64,000 nucleotides of DNA from assembly GCA_030704615.1 (NCBI GenBank), contig CM060734.1, positions 33,976,001-34,040,000 of the forward strand, read 5' to 3'. This document shows positions 35,868 through 46,983 of the stretch, in pieces. Under the pieces are notes generated by a model that was given only the letters and a program-made list of their open reading frames with translations, did no database searches and was not told the DNA's origin. The first letter of the stretch is position 1. Each line of letters opens with the position of its first letter. The position numbers were made by a program, and so were the translations under genes. This DNA comes from Takakia lepidozioides. Lineage: Eukaryota; Plantae; Bryophyta.

Positions 35868-37607
35868 TTACTTGAGCTTGAAGTTGATGTGTAGCCAGGG
35901 AATCCCCGAGCTCCACTGTACTTGTGGTTGATTGCTTGGCAATGTCGTCAATGAGAGCACCTGCTGACTTTGCCTACTTACAAAATCAGCTTGCATGTGC
36001 TGCAAACTTTCCAGCTTCTGTGCTAGTTCTGCCACCTTGGCAGCTTTTACTTCCTGCTGCTCAATCTGAGGTTGGTGTGTGACCAACAGGCTGGTGATAT
36101 TGCTGTAAGAACGGAGCCAAGGTAGTGGAGTGGCGAGTTGATGCCGATGTGAATGACCATCTTGGTGGAAGTCGTGATGGAGTTTAAGATCTAGAACATA
36201 GAGTGTATCAGTACCTCCCTCCACGCAATCTTCGGGATGGGGGGCAGAGCTTCGCCACTTCAGGATGCGGAAACTCCAAGAGGTAGGGTGGGAACTGGGT
36301 CTCCATGGTACGATGTCTGTACGGCTCCAAATGAGGGTAGCGCCAAGCTCGGTGTAAGGCCCCCAAAACTTATATAGAGCCACTTGCATGGAACAAGATT
36401 CTTCGGGCTGGGGCTCAACATCCAACCACTGTTGAGCAATAGTTTGCAATGCCCCATCACAAAACTGAGGCCCATTCTGTGAACCTCCCGCATTCTTATT
36501 CAATTCCAGATCTGTAAGTGAGGAAGAAATAACATCTTGGAGAGGTTGGCTGCGGGCTTCATGATGTGCCATGCTATACCAGAAACCCTGGACAGTGCAT
36601 ACTCGTGGAGTGAGAGATTTCATTATACCGGTAGCAGGCATATAAAGCAGCAGATTGCATCTGAAGTGAGGGAGAGAGGTAGCCATAGTGTCAAACACTC
36701 CCTTTGCATCCTCAATGCACCCACAGTTTGCATACATGTCTGCCAGGGTATTGTTCAGAATGACAGTTGGTACAATTCTAGCTCTGAAGATGTCGCCATG
36801 GACCGCTTTGCCCTTTTCCAGATCTGCCAAGGCAGTGTGTAGAATGAACTGCCATCTGGAGTGTGTATTGCTGGTATTGTACTCCGGGGTGAGGAGGGGC
36901 TGGGGTAGAGTGAGATCTCCCGGGTTGTAGTGGTTGCCGTGTGGCCATTGCCATGTTGCAAACATAGTCCATGCCGTGATGAGGTTGGCCTGAGCCGCAG
37001 TAAAGTTGCCACCAGATGCTGTAATGTTGGTGACTTGGCCATGGCTGGCCCTGATGGTGAGAGACTGTTGGCAAGGATGCTGCTGCTGCATCCTAACGTT
37101 GCAATCCGGCACTCTTGGCCGAATGATACCAGGGTATGCTTCGTGGAAGGAGAGATACATGTGAGAGAAGGGCTGCTTTCTGATGGTGTTCAGAGGATTG
37201 TAGTGGGTGACATCATAGAAAAGATGGGGGAGGGTGTAAGAACCTGGTGGGGTAGAGAATCTGACAATGTAAGATTCAATATCTGCTTCAATATCGCCAT
37301 GTTGCCCAAAAGTAGTTTCAGAATGATGTTGATGGCGCTTCCTATAAAGCTGACGCTTGCAGGAATGAGTCAAGTTATTGTGTAGCATTTGATGATAGGT
37401 TGCCAAAGCCTCCAGCCTGTCCATCACTGCACCGGCCTCTCGAATGTTGTCGTACTCGTACTGAAGCTGTTTTTGGGCTGGCAGACCTGCATAGTTGATG
37501 GTGATCTGAATCCAATGTGCTTTGGGAAGTTGGCTGAGAAATTTGTCACCTTGTGCAACAGCCCTGCACCAGAGACCACTCCACTGGCTGGTGTTGCTAC
37601 TCCCCAC
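35868..37607 (-). CDS. Chimeric 579-aa ORF inside the LINE, with an in-frame PPR fragment at 36682-36835
   Basis: ALADLEKGKAVHGDIFRARIVPTVILNNTLADMYANCGCIEDAKGVFDTMA closely matches PPR units at 41.9-44.1 kb. The rest is unrecognised. Confidence 0.5.
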   Translation of the reverse strand: MGSSNTSQWSGLWCRAVAQGDKFLSQLPKAHWIQITINYAGLPAQKQLQYEYDNIREAGAVMDRLEALATYHQMLHNNLTHSCKRQLYRKRHQHHSETTFGQHGDIEADIESYIVRFSTPPGSYTLPHLFYDVTHYNPLNTIRKQPFSHMYLSFHEAYPGIIRPRVPDCNVRMQQQHPCQQSLTIRASHGQVTNITASGGNFTAAQANLITAWTMFATWQWPHGNHYNPGDLTLPQPLLTPEYNTSNTHSRWQFILHTALADLEKGKAVHGDIFRARIVPTVILNNTLADMYANCGCIEDAKGVFDTMATSLPHFRCNLLLYMPATGIMKSLTPRVCTVQGFWYSMAHHEARSQPLQDVISSSLTDLELNKNAGGSQNGPQFCDGALQTIAQQWLDVEPQPEESCSMQVALYKFWGPYTELGATLIWSRTDIVPWRPSSHPTSWSFRILKWRSSAPHPEDCVEGGTDTLYVLDLKLHHDFHQDGHSHRHQLATPLPWLRSYSNITSLLVTHQPQIEQQEVKAAKVAELAQKLESLQHMQADFVSRQSQQVLSLTTLPSNQPQVQWSSGIPWLHINFKLK

Positions 37608-38857
37608 ACGGGTATTGTTAGCTCAGGTTTTGCTCCAAGCATCACTCTCAAACTTGAGAGAAGAAAATCATGTTTGCCATGGGGCCTCTTGGTGTGCCTG
37701 GTCCGTAATTGGGCCCTCACAAAGTAGGGATTGGATGTGCAGATTTGGGTGCCAGAGTCATCGCACGTGCCCCTGTGCAGCTTTACCATAACCTCTCTAA
37801 GTCTGACTTGCACTGTGTAGAGATTGTGCACTTTCAGAGATATTTCCGGTCTTTGACTGCAGCAGGGGCTTATATTATCGGTTGAAGTCACGAGCCTATG
37901 CATGGTGCCCTGTTGGGGTTGCTGCAATATGTACAACGTGATCCCAGATCTATGTTGGAACCCAATCTTTGAGGTGCCAGTGCAGCTTGGCCAATGTAAC
38001 TGGGCACAACCTTGGGTAAATGTTGACAAATCAACATGACAATGTTTATAGGAGTTTTTAGCGTAACAATTAGCGTGCGGCTTTGGGGCAGAGTAGTAGA
38101 TGGGTAGCTTTTGAGCATATCGGATAGCAATGGGTTTATCAGTACAACCATGAGTAGTATTAAGCTTTTGAACAAAGCACTTAGTATGTGCCATTTGGAC
38201 CTGGAGATGGGCCGCAATTGTATGAGTGGCTGGTAACTGCCACATAATTTGTAATAGTGGAGGTAAACATTGATCATAATATTGGGTGACCATGATGGGT
38301 ACATATGCCCTTTGGGTAGGGATGTGGCGTTGGGATTCCTGCAGACATAGTAGTTGGCCTGTGGCATACTGTGCTTCAACATAGATGCTAGTGTGACTTG
38401 GCAGTAGGGGAGGTAGTTCCATCGCGTATTTTTGCACTATGTCACAGGGGGGTATTGAAAAAGCGGCATGAGCATTGGATACGAGCTTCCGAGTGTGCAG
38501 TCTTTGCTGAGGGTGGCGTGTTGTCCTTTCACCCCAATCTGCTAACTGGCCGGGACCTGTTATAATTAGCGCACTGTTGTGTATTTTGGTCCCTAAGCTA
38601 TCTTGCAGTGGTAGTAGAGGATATGGTGCTTTCTTTAGGCTCTGTTCAGGCCTGTGCATGGCATTAGTACAGTGATCATAGTAGAGAGGTATTAGCATGT
38701 ACTGATTTCCATTGAGCTTTTGATCATAGGAGCGAGTAACAATTCTGAACATTGATGGTATATAAATATAATACTGCATACGAGTTACAAATAGCTTTGA
38801 CAGCAGAGAGTGCAATGATATTTCCAGGCTTTGAGCCAGGCAGTACTGTAGTGTCAC
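37424..38857 (-). CDS. 477-aa ORF of unknown function inside the LINE
   Basis: Long open frame on the LINE sense strand, overlapping the next ORF. No recognisable motif. Confidence 0.35.
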   Translation of the reverse strand: MTLQYCLAQSLEISLHSLLSKLFVTRMQYYIYIPSMFRIVTRSYDQKLNGNQYMLIPLYYDHCTNAMHRPEQSLKKAPYPLLPLQDSLGTKIHNSALIITGPGQLADWGERTTRHPQQRLHTRKLVSNAHAAFSIPPCDIVQKYAMELPPLLPSHTSIYVEAQYATGQLLCLQESQRHIPTQRAYVPIMVTQYYDQCLPPLLQIMWQLPATHTIAAHLQVQMAHTKCFVQKLNTTHGCTDKPIAIRYAQKLPIYYSAPKPHANCYAKNSYKHCHVDLSTFTQGCAQLHWPSCTGTSKIGFQHRSGITLYILQQPQQGTMHRLVTSTDNISPCCSQRPEISLKVHNLYTVQVRLREVMVKLHRGTCDDSGTQICTSNPYFVRAQLRTRHTKRPHGKHDFLLSSLRVMLGAKPELTIPVWGVATPASGVVSGAGLLHKVTNFSANFPKHIGFRSPSTMQVCQPKNSFSTSTTTFERPVQ

Positions 38858-39496
38858 ATTGAGTTTTTGGTCATAGCAGCGAGTGGCAATGGTGAGCTTT
38901 GATGGTGTGTGGACATGTTACTGCATTCGGGTTTTGACAAGTATCCTTGACAGCGTTGCGTCTTCTTGCACATATGGGGACATTTTCCAATCTGCGTTTT
39001 GAGCAGCCAGATCCTGCAGAGAAGGTGGGTGCTCTGACTGTATCCAAGGTGCACGTATGGTGCATTCATTGGTCTTTATTTGTACGGTGTGTTTGCTACT
39101 TTAGTGCAAGACATTCTTGTTGTGCAGATCTCTTATTGTGGCTGTTTTTGGCTGCACTTGTACCAGGACATTATATCTCTGCGGGGCATCAACCAAGCAT
39201 TGCTGTGGGCTTTGGGGACAGAGAAGCCAGCCTCTGTGGGGAGGGTTAGTGGGGGCTGCAGCAGACCCATTTGGAGTAGGATTGTAGTACAGTTTAGGAT
39301 TCAGATTGCAGCAGATGAGCAGACACTATAGGACCTGTTGGCAGCATCTACGCCACAATGTGATGTAAAAAGGGCGTTACATAGCATAAGAAAAAGAGAT
39401 ATTGCATTGTATCTCTCATACAGTCTAGTTCTGTGATATAATCTGAATCTGCTTTTGGTGGCAGCTACGTTGAGTCTGTCTTGGTTGTTGAATATG

Positions 39497-41281
39497 CTAT
39501 CCATGTGCATACTCATTGGCGGTCTGCATGTGTATGTCCACTGTTGTTGTGCGCTCCATGCGATCAGCCCCCGTGGGTGCCGGTGTCTGGGGCTGCTCCC
39601 CTGCCATGGTGAGGGAGAGTAGTTCAGGATCACATGGTGGCGGGACAAAGTTGAAGTTTCCTGATTCTTTGGCCAGTTGGTCGAGTGTGTCCACCTGCTC
39701 CTTATCCAGGGGGAGAATCGCTCCAAGTAGTTGTGGCATTTTGCAAAGGGCCTCATTGGCATGTTCACGGAAGCTGGCCAAGTTCTTTGAGAAGTGGGCC
39801 GTGGTGGACTGACGCATATTCTGCAGGTTCAAGGCATTTGCCGCGGTGAAGGTTTTGACAAAGCGCCTTTCCAATTTGCTCATGTCTTGTGTAGTTGTAA
39901 TGCGGTGTTCCACAAAACGTTTGTCTAGAGTAGCAAAGCGCTGGTCCACCTCAGCCCGGCTGATAACATCTGCTAGCTTTGCAGCTGTGATTTTGATGGA
40001 CTCCACCGTCTGCGCTAGTGCCTTGTTGATGTTGTCAGTGCCTAGCCGCTGGAGAATTTCTAGGGCCACAGGGACTGACCCGCTTAGGCTTTGTGGATGT
40101 GGTATGAAGTCAATGAAATGTCCATGCAGCAGTATATTGCGTCTGTAGCACCATTGTGTGTAGACTGCTGTATTAAGGCATGTGATGTATGCTATGCCTT
40201 CATGTTTTGTCTTCTCCTCCCTCGGGGTACAGCAAAAGTAAATCTGCGCCACATTGTTTCTTCCCAACAGCCCGCGGACACCATCCTCTATTTCTGCCTG
40301 AGTTCTGGAGGAGTTAAGGTTTTTGACTTGGAGTGTAAGGGCATTGCGTTCAGCAATGAACTCATTGGAGGTTATTGGTGCGCCTGCCAGGTTTGTATAT
40401 CTTACTTCAGGTTTGATACGGTTGTTGGCAAAGCTGACTCTGTGTTTCAACACCTTCGTTCGTGTGTCTTCTGAGATGACGTATATGAACCCAAATTTCG
40501 TGTCTGTCTTATTTTTCCCGACATGCTGGAGCTCATATTCATCACCGCTAATGTAGCCTTCCACAATGAATTGCACAGCCAGGGTATGCCCCAGGCATCC
40601 ATGAAAAACATCACTAGCAATATGCAGAGAGAAGTAGCCACCAGATGCTGCAAGATCGAAGCTTTTCTCCACATGACCGATGACTCTTACGCCTCTGGAT
40701 AGCTCGAGAGTGAACACACGCTCCCCCCTCAGTAGAGCAAGGCCATCTCTCTCTGGATGTTTCAGCTCAATCTTGATTAGCCCATTCCACAGTTTGGTTT
40801 TGGTTTGCGTGAACACCAGGATTGGAGAGATACGCGTGCTTCCCAGGGGGATATCCATCTCCTTAAGTCTTCGTCGGGTCTTCTCTAGAACTGTGGCTCG
40901 ATCCATGTTGGTGTCACAGTCGAATCTGATTATGATGTGATATGATTCCAGGGCCAATCCTGTGTGGGGATTAACTTTCGTGCCTTTAGGGAGCTGGGTG
41001 AGATGATAGAACTGCCCCTCTTTGCCATCGCATCTCTTGGAGGGATATAGCCACTGAGGCACTCGGGGAAAAGCACGTCGACAGTGCACCATTTCTTCGC
41101 TCTCTCTCGGCACCACCCCAAGTCGGATGAGTTCTTCTTGTGACCGTAGCTCCAAGATAGGGGGGTCTCCTGCCTCGCGGGCTCTTTCTTCCATGGTTCT
41201 GCTTCCAAGCCATAAATGTGTGATGTCTGCTGCGACTAGAGGAACAATTGGGGTCTGGGCAGGTGTCAATGGGGATGACAT
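39497..41281 (-). CDS. LINE ORF1-like protein with RRM and C-terminal coiled coil
   Basis: Intronless ~594 aa. RNP2-like LQVKNL, RNP1-like EGIAYITC, helical tail. Lies upstream of ORF2 on the same strand. Confidence 0.68.
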   Translation of the reverse strand: MSSPLTPAQTPIVPLVAADITHLWLGSRTMEERAREAGDPPILELRSQEELIRLGVVPRESEEMVHCRRAFPRVPQWLYPSKRCDGKEGQFYHLTQLPKGTKVNPHTGLALESYHIIIRFDCDTNMDRATVLEKTRRRLKEMDIPLGSTRISPILVFTQTKTKLWNGLIKIELKHPERDGLALLRGERVFTLELSRGVRVIGHVEKSFDLAASGGYFSLHIASDVFHGCLGHTLAVQFIVEGYISGDEYELQHVGKNKTDTKFGFIYVISEDTRTKVLKHRVSFANNRIKPEVRYTNLAGAPITSNEFIAERNALTLQVKNLNSSRTQAEIEDGVRGLLGRNNVAQIYFCCTPREEKTKHEGIAYITCLNTAVYTQWCYRRNILLHGHFIDFIPHPQSLSGSVPVALEILQRLGTDNINKALAQTVESIKITAAKLADVISRAEVDQRFATLDKRFVEHRITTTQDMSKLERRFVKTFTAANALNLQNMRQSTTAHFSKNLASFREHANEALCKMPQLLGAILPLDKEQVDTLDQLAKESGNFNFVPPPCDPELLSLTMAGEQPQTPAPTGADRMERTTTVDIHMQTANEYAHG

Positions 41282-41320
41282 GGTGCTGGGTCTTGTGGGG
41301 CGCAAATAAACGCGAATAAA

Positions 41321-44300
41321 CGCACACAAACGTGATGTGGTTGGACTTCACCCCTTCCCCCATCACTTAACATACATGTTGACAAGGGTGATGAGGAGAA
41401 AAACATTTAGCGTGAATCCACTTTGGATAATGTGAGTGTGCACCTGCTTTCCAGCTTCCAGGCCTTTCACCTTGACGCACTTATGCAAGAGACAGACATA
41501 CGTTTCTGAATCTGCTGAAATGCCCCCTTGGTCACTTAACGTGCCTCTTTCACACTCCCGCATATGGCATACATATGGACTAGGGTAGTCTCCAAATTAA
41601 TAGATGACACAATTCCAGCTTCCTTGATGTCAGCATGGATTTACTTCCCTTTTTGCAGTGCTCCTAAGCTACCACAAGCATCGAGAATGGTAATAGATAT
41701 CAGAATGGATTCCCCTGCCACTTTCCAGGGCTATTGTAGCTATCCTTCCACATACTGTTGGAGTCACATCATGATCTTGAGTCAGGGAATGAAAGTAATG
41801 CATGCCTTCATCCACTAGGCCAACATGGCTACATGGAGAGAGAGAACACAAATGAAGGTGATCTTGTCCAGCTTCAAGCCTTCCTTTTGCATTCCTTCAA
41901 ATAGTTGCAGGGCCTCCCTATGGCAACCGTGCTGGGCATATCCTGCCATCATCACATTCCACGACACCATATCTCGTTCAGCCATATTGTTGAACACTTC
42001 ATTTCCATCCTTGACGCTCCCGCACTTAGCATACATGTCCGCAAGGGTATTGTTCAGAATAATATTTGGTACAATTCCGCCTTTCACGATGTCAGCATAG
42101 ACCTCTTTGCCCTTTTCCAGAGCTGCCAAGCTGGAACACGCATTGCCAACGCAAACAAATGTGATCTGGTGTGGTCTCACCCCTTCCCACATTATTTGCT
42201 CATAAATCTCCAAAGCCTCCATCCCGTACCCATGTTGGGCATATCTTGCCATCATTGCATTCCACGTGCAGCCATATTGTCGAACACTCCCTTTGCATCC
42301 TTGATGCTCTTGCATTTAGCGTACATGTCTAGGAGGGCAGTGTCCAGAATGACATTTGGTACAATTCCAGCTCTCATGATGTCACCATGAACCTCTTTGC
42401 CCTTTAGGTCTGCCAGGCTTGCACACACATTGCACATGCACACGGACGTGACGTGGTTGGGCTTCACCCCTTCGCAGATCATTTGCTCATAGGTCTCCAA
42501 AGCCTCCATCCAACAACCAAGCTGGGCGTATCCTGTGATCTTCGCACTCCAGGACACCACATCCCGTTCAGCCATATGGTCAAATATTCCCACTGCATCC
42601 TTGATGCTCCCACATTTGGTATACATGTCTATGATGGTAGTTTCCAAGATGATATTTGGTACAATTCTAGCTTTCCTGATATCACAATGGACCTCTTTAC
42701 CCTTCTCTAGGGCTGTCAGATTCGCACACACACTGCAAATGCAAACACACGCGACTTGGTTGAGTGTCCCCCCTTCCAGGATCATTTGCTCATAGGTCTC
42801 CAAAGCCTCCCTCGCACACCCATGCTGGGCATATCCTGCTATCATTGCATTCCATGTCACTACATTTCGTGCCACTATATCATCAAACACTACCTTGCAT
42901 CATTGATGCTCCCGCATTGGGCATACATATCCACCAGGGCGGTGCCTAGAATGACATCTGGTATAATTCCAGCTTTCATGATGTCAGCATGGACCTCTTT
43001 TCCCTTTCCCAGGGCCGCCAGGCTTGCACACTCATTGCAAATGCAAATGAATGTGACCTGGTTGGGCTTCACCCCTTCGCGCATCATTTGCTCATATGTC
43101 TCCAAGGCATTCTTACCACACCTATGCTTGGCAAATCCTGCAATCATTATGTTCCACGAGATCAAACCTCGTTGAGGCATTTTGTCGAATACTTGGTGTG
43201 CATCCACAATGCTCTTGCATTTGACATACATGTTGACAAGGGTGTTGTGTAGAAACACATTTGGCTTGAATCCACTTTGGATAATGTGAGCATACATGCC
43301 CACGAGGATATAGTTCATAATCACATCTGGTACAATGCGATACAACCATGCACCTCTTTGCCCTTTTCCATGGCTGCCAGGCTTGCAAACACACAGATGT
43401 GATGTGGTCGGGCTTCACCCCTTCCACCATCATTTGCTCATAGGTCTTCAAAGCATTCGTACCACACCCATGCTTGGTAAACCCCGCCAACATAATATTC
43501 CACGTGATCAAAGATGGTTGAGGCATTCCGTTGAACACTTGGTGAGCATCCATGATCCTCCCGCACTTAACATACATGTTGACAAGGGTATTGAGTAGTT
43601 TGCTAAATCCACTTTGGATAATGTGAGTGAGCACCTGCTTTCCAGCTTCAAGGCCTCTCATCTTGCACCTATGCAAGAAACAAACATACGTATCTGAATA
43701 TGCTGAAATGCCTCCTTGAAAACTGCCTTTGCATCCTTAATGCACCCACATTTGGCATACATGTCCACCAGGGCATTGTTCAGAATGACATCTGGTACAA
43801 TTCCAGCTTTGACGATGTCGCCATGGGCCTCTTTGCCCTTTTCCAGGGCTGTCAGACTTGCACATGCATTGCAGACGCAAACGAACTTGATGTGGTTGGG
43901 CTTCACCCCTTCCCCCATCATTTGCTCCTAGGTCTCAAAAGCCTCCACCCCACGTCCCTGCTGTGCATACCCTACAAGCATCACGCTCCACGACACCATA
44001 TCTCATTCAGCCTGCATATTGTTGAAAACTGCCTTTGCATCTTTAATGCACCCACATTTGGCATACATATTGTCCACCAGGGCAGTGTTCAGAATGACAT
44101 CTGGTACAATTTCAGCTTTGACGAGGTCATCATGGACCTCTACATCCTTGCCTTGCTGCTAGCAACATACAATGACAGCCTAGAATTCTTCCAGCAAACA
44201 CCCCAACCATACTTATCAGACTAGTTCCTATGCTAACTTGCATCTGCTTCCAACAGACATTCACCTTTTTGTCTCCATTGTCCCACAATTGACTGGCGTC

Positions 44301-44583
44301 AAGTGTTCATTCCAAAGCTTCTCCTCGTCTCTCTTATCTGTTTTTGGATACTCTCATGCTCCCACATCGGCACTAACTTGTCAAATTCATTCCAAACCAC
44401 CACAGATCCACTGCAACATATGGCAAATGAAAGGCTACAACTAGGATGCAGACACCATATCCACGACACCACATTTCCCCACCATGGACCTCTTTTCCCT
44501 TTTCCAGGGCTGCCAGGCTTACACAGGCATTGCAAACGGAAACAAACGTGATGTGGTCGGGCTTCACCCCTTACCCCATCATT
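41321..44583 (-). pseudogene. Scrambled PLS-class pentatricopeptide repeat (PPR) pseudogene array
   Basis: Repeated LVDMYAKCG, VTWNAMIAGYAQHG and EGVKPNxxTFVCV motifs, plus L2-type CSHVGLVDEG. Many stops, frameshifts and out-of-order modules. No DYW domain seen. Confidence 0.9.
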
Positions 44584-44659
44584 TGTGTGTGCTGCTTGTG
44601 TCTGTAGTCAGGTAATGTCGGATCGGTCTGTGAGAACCACCACGGTGCAGCTAAGCAGC

Positions 44660-44848
44660 CAGAGATTGAAACACGGACTGGCAAGACCAAGCTGACTCTC
44701 GCAAGAACCTTGTAAACATCAGGAAGAATACCAAATCATGGTACTAACAGGAGGCAGAGATTGAAACATGGCCTGGCAAGACTAAGCCGACTCTCGCAAA
44801 AACCTTGTAAACATCAGGAAGAATAACAAATCATGGTACTAACAGGAG
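44660..44848. repeat. ~95-bp direct duplication
   Basis: cagagattgaaaca...ggtactaacaggag occurs twice in tandem. Confidence 0.85.
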
Positions 44849-45934
44849 CCAATAGCCCACATTGGACTCCAGCACCAGCCAGCAATAATCTTGAAGCAAC
44901 CCTGCTTGCCAAACCTATCTAAACCCGTTCTAAATGCCAGGCCTTATCAACCTATGTAGCCATAACGCGCTCTCTCTCTCTCTCTCCTTTGAACATCAAA
45001 CAGAAGCAGGGAGGAAAAAGGTCAGTCTCAACGAAGTACCGTTCAAGAAGTTATTTTCGGATTTTTCGGGCAATCCGGGCAGATAAAAAGAAATTGACGA
45101 CGTACGAAACGTGGCGACGACAGTTGGCTACGACAGTTGGCTATGACAGGTGGCTACGAAACGTGACGACGATGATGTGGCACTATGGCACCCTATTCCT
45201 GCTCTACGCTAAACTAGCTCTCGACCTTCGGTCGTCGCTAGAATATGGCTAGAGGCTGGTCATGGGCCCTTTTCATACCTCCCATGAGCCCTACCGCAAT
45301 GGACTCACCTGCAGTGGACCCCTTACGGACCTAGGCTGGATCGGACCTTGGGTAGGACCCTCCGTGACCCCTACACCGTACGTGGGCCCTGCCACATGCA
45401 CACGCCCATGCCTTAAATACCCTAATATCTTGTAATGAAAAGCGTGATGAAGTTGGAAGATAAAAATAAAATCATTATGCATAACAATATTCCTTAGAAA
45501 AATTGACATTTGAATAAAATAATAATACAAAGTCTAACATTTAATGTTTTATTGGCTCCTCCCTCAAGAGGAGACCACGCATCAGTGCTGAAAAGAGTGG
45601 CGATCCTGATGTACCTACACCAGAAAACACCAGAATGTTGAAGATGTACCTCCACTAGTTACTAGTATATGTGATACTAAATTTTAATGTAATGAATATG
45701 GTGAAGTCAAATGCAACCATAAAAGCACTAAAAGAGGTGCAATAAATGTCAATGTCATGACAAAGTTTAAGAGATTAGGCTAGACATTGTACATTGGAGG
45801 TGTAATTTATAGTTATATATATTAAAATATTATATAATTATCTTGGTGGTATATCAGTCCCTGAAGCGGAATGATGAAGTGCATACACCCAAAGCTTGGA
45901 GATATTGGAGCTGCGTTAAATAAAGATGACCTGT

Positions 45935-46435
45935 AAAATGGGGAAGGGAAAAAAGTCCAAGTATGAGTACCATAGCGTAAAACAGAATTTAATATGAAAC
46001 TACTGGATCATATCTTACAATATATAGATTGTAGTAGTTAGTGATACTAAATAATTGTTATGGACTTGATGGTGTAAGGCATTGATGTGTGATGGAAAAG
46101 GTTGTGGGATCAAACCTGTACTTTTCGCTTTTGCAGAAAGTAGTGCCTTTGATGGAAAAGTTAACTTAAAATGAAGAAGGTAGCAACTAATGGGCAAGGG
46201 AAAAAAGCCCAAGTATGTGTACCAAAGACAAAACAGAAATTAAAACTAGTGGAACAAAATTTATAATATATATATTGTAGTGCGAAACTATTTTTCAATA
46301 ATTGGCTTGGACTTGGTGGTATAGAGCATTGACTTACAACCGCGAAGGTTCTAGGTTTGAACTTTTGCTATTGGCTTTTGCAGAAAGTAGTGCCTTTAAT
46401 GAAAAAGTTCAAGTAAAATGGAAAAGGTGGCGACG
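45935..46435 (+). repeat. Two diverged ~250-bp tandem units, each with a tRNA-like segment
   Basis: Shared gggaaaaaag.ccaagtatg.gtacca and gcttttgcagaaagtagtgccttt. tRNA-like GGACTTGGTGGTATAGAGCATTGACTTACAA...GGTTCTAGGTTTGAACT at ~46305-46365. Confidence 0.6.
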
Positions 46436-46983
46436 GAGGAGGATGATAAGGTGGCCACGGAGTTTCATGGTGCTGCTTCATATGTGAAGCATTTTTCCTG
46501 AGCATCTCTACTTAGTCAAAGTAGTTCTTACCATGACAATATAGCCCACACAGCATGATTGGATTTTAGTAATTTTTGTGAGTTGTGTGTGGTTTATGTA
46601 TGAGTACTTTGACAATATTGTGTCATTCTTGTGTGTTCTTTCAGTTTTACAGACTTCATCATTTTAATTTACAGCTACATTTTCAGCCAGTCCCTCAGTT
46701 AATCAGCCAGTTTCTCACTTAATTTTTCAATTCAGATTTATCTAATACAATATCTACGAAATTTAATTCATCCAAACATATAATTTACTATTACTATTGT
46801 TCAGCAACTCTTTATTCAACGTTTGATTGCCTTGTACATTGTTGTTTGTGTTCTTATAAGATTTTTCAAAATCTATCTAATCTGGCCAACCTCCATTAAT
46901 ATTATTTTCTGTTATAATACAACTTGAGCCTTAATTCAGTTTTTTTACAACCTTATTTTTATATCTAATTTACTCTCTTAACA

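Larger units (their letters stand above)
34213..41320 (-). mobile_element. 5' part of the LINE: ORF1, long inter-ORF region and 2A-like motif
   Basis: Directly flanks the hAT TSD, with the same strand and C/A skew as 1-4574. The 5' end abuts PPR sequence at ~41320. Confidence 0.72.

Noticed and set aside
46305-46375. Functional tRNA gene (also 27680-27747)
   Set aside because: B box and stems are degenerate and no clean cloverleaf could be drawn.
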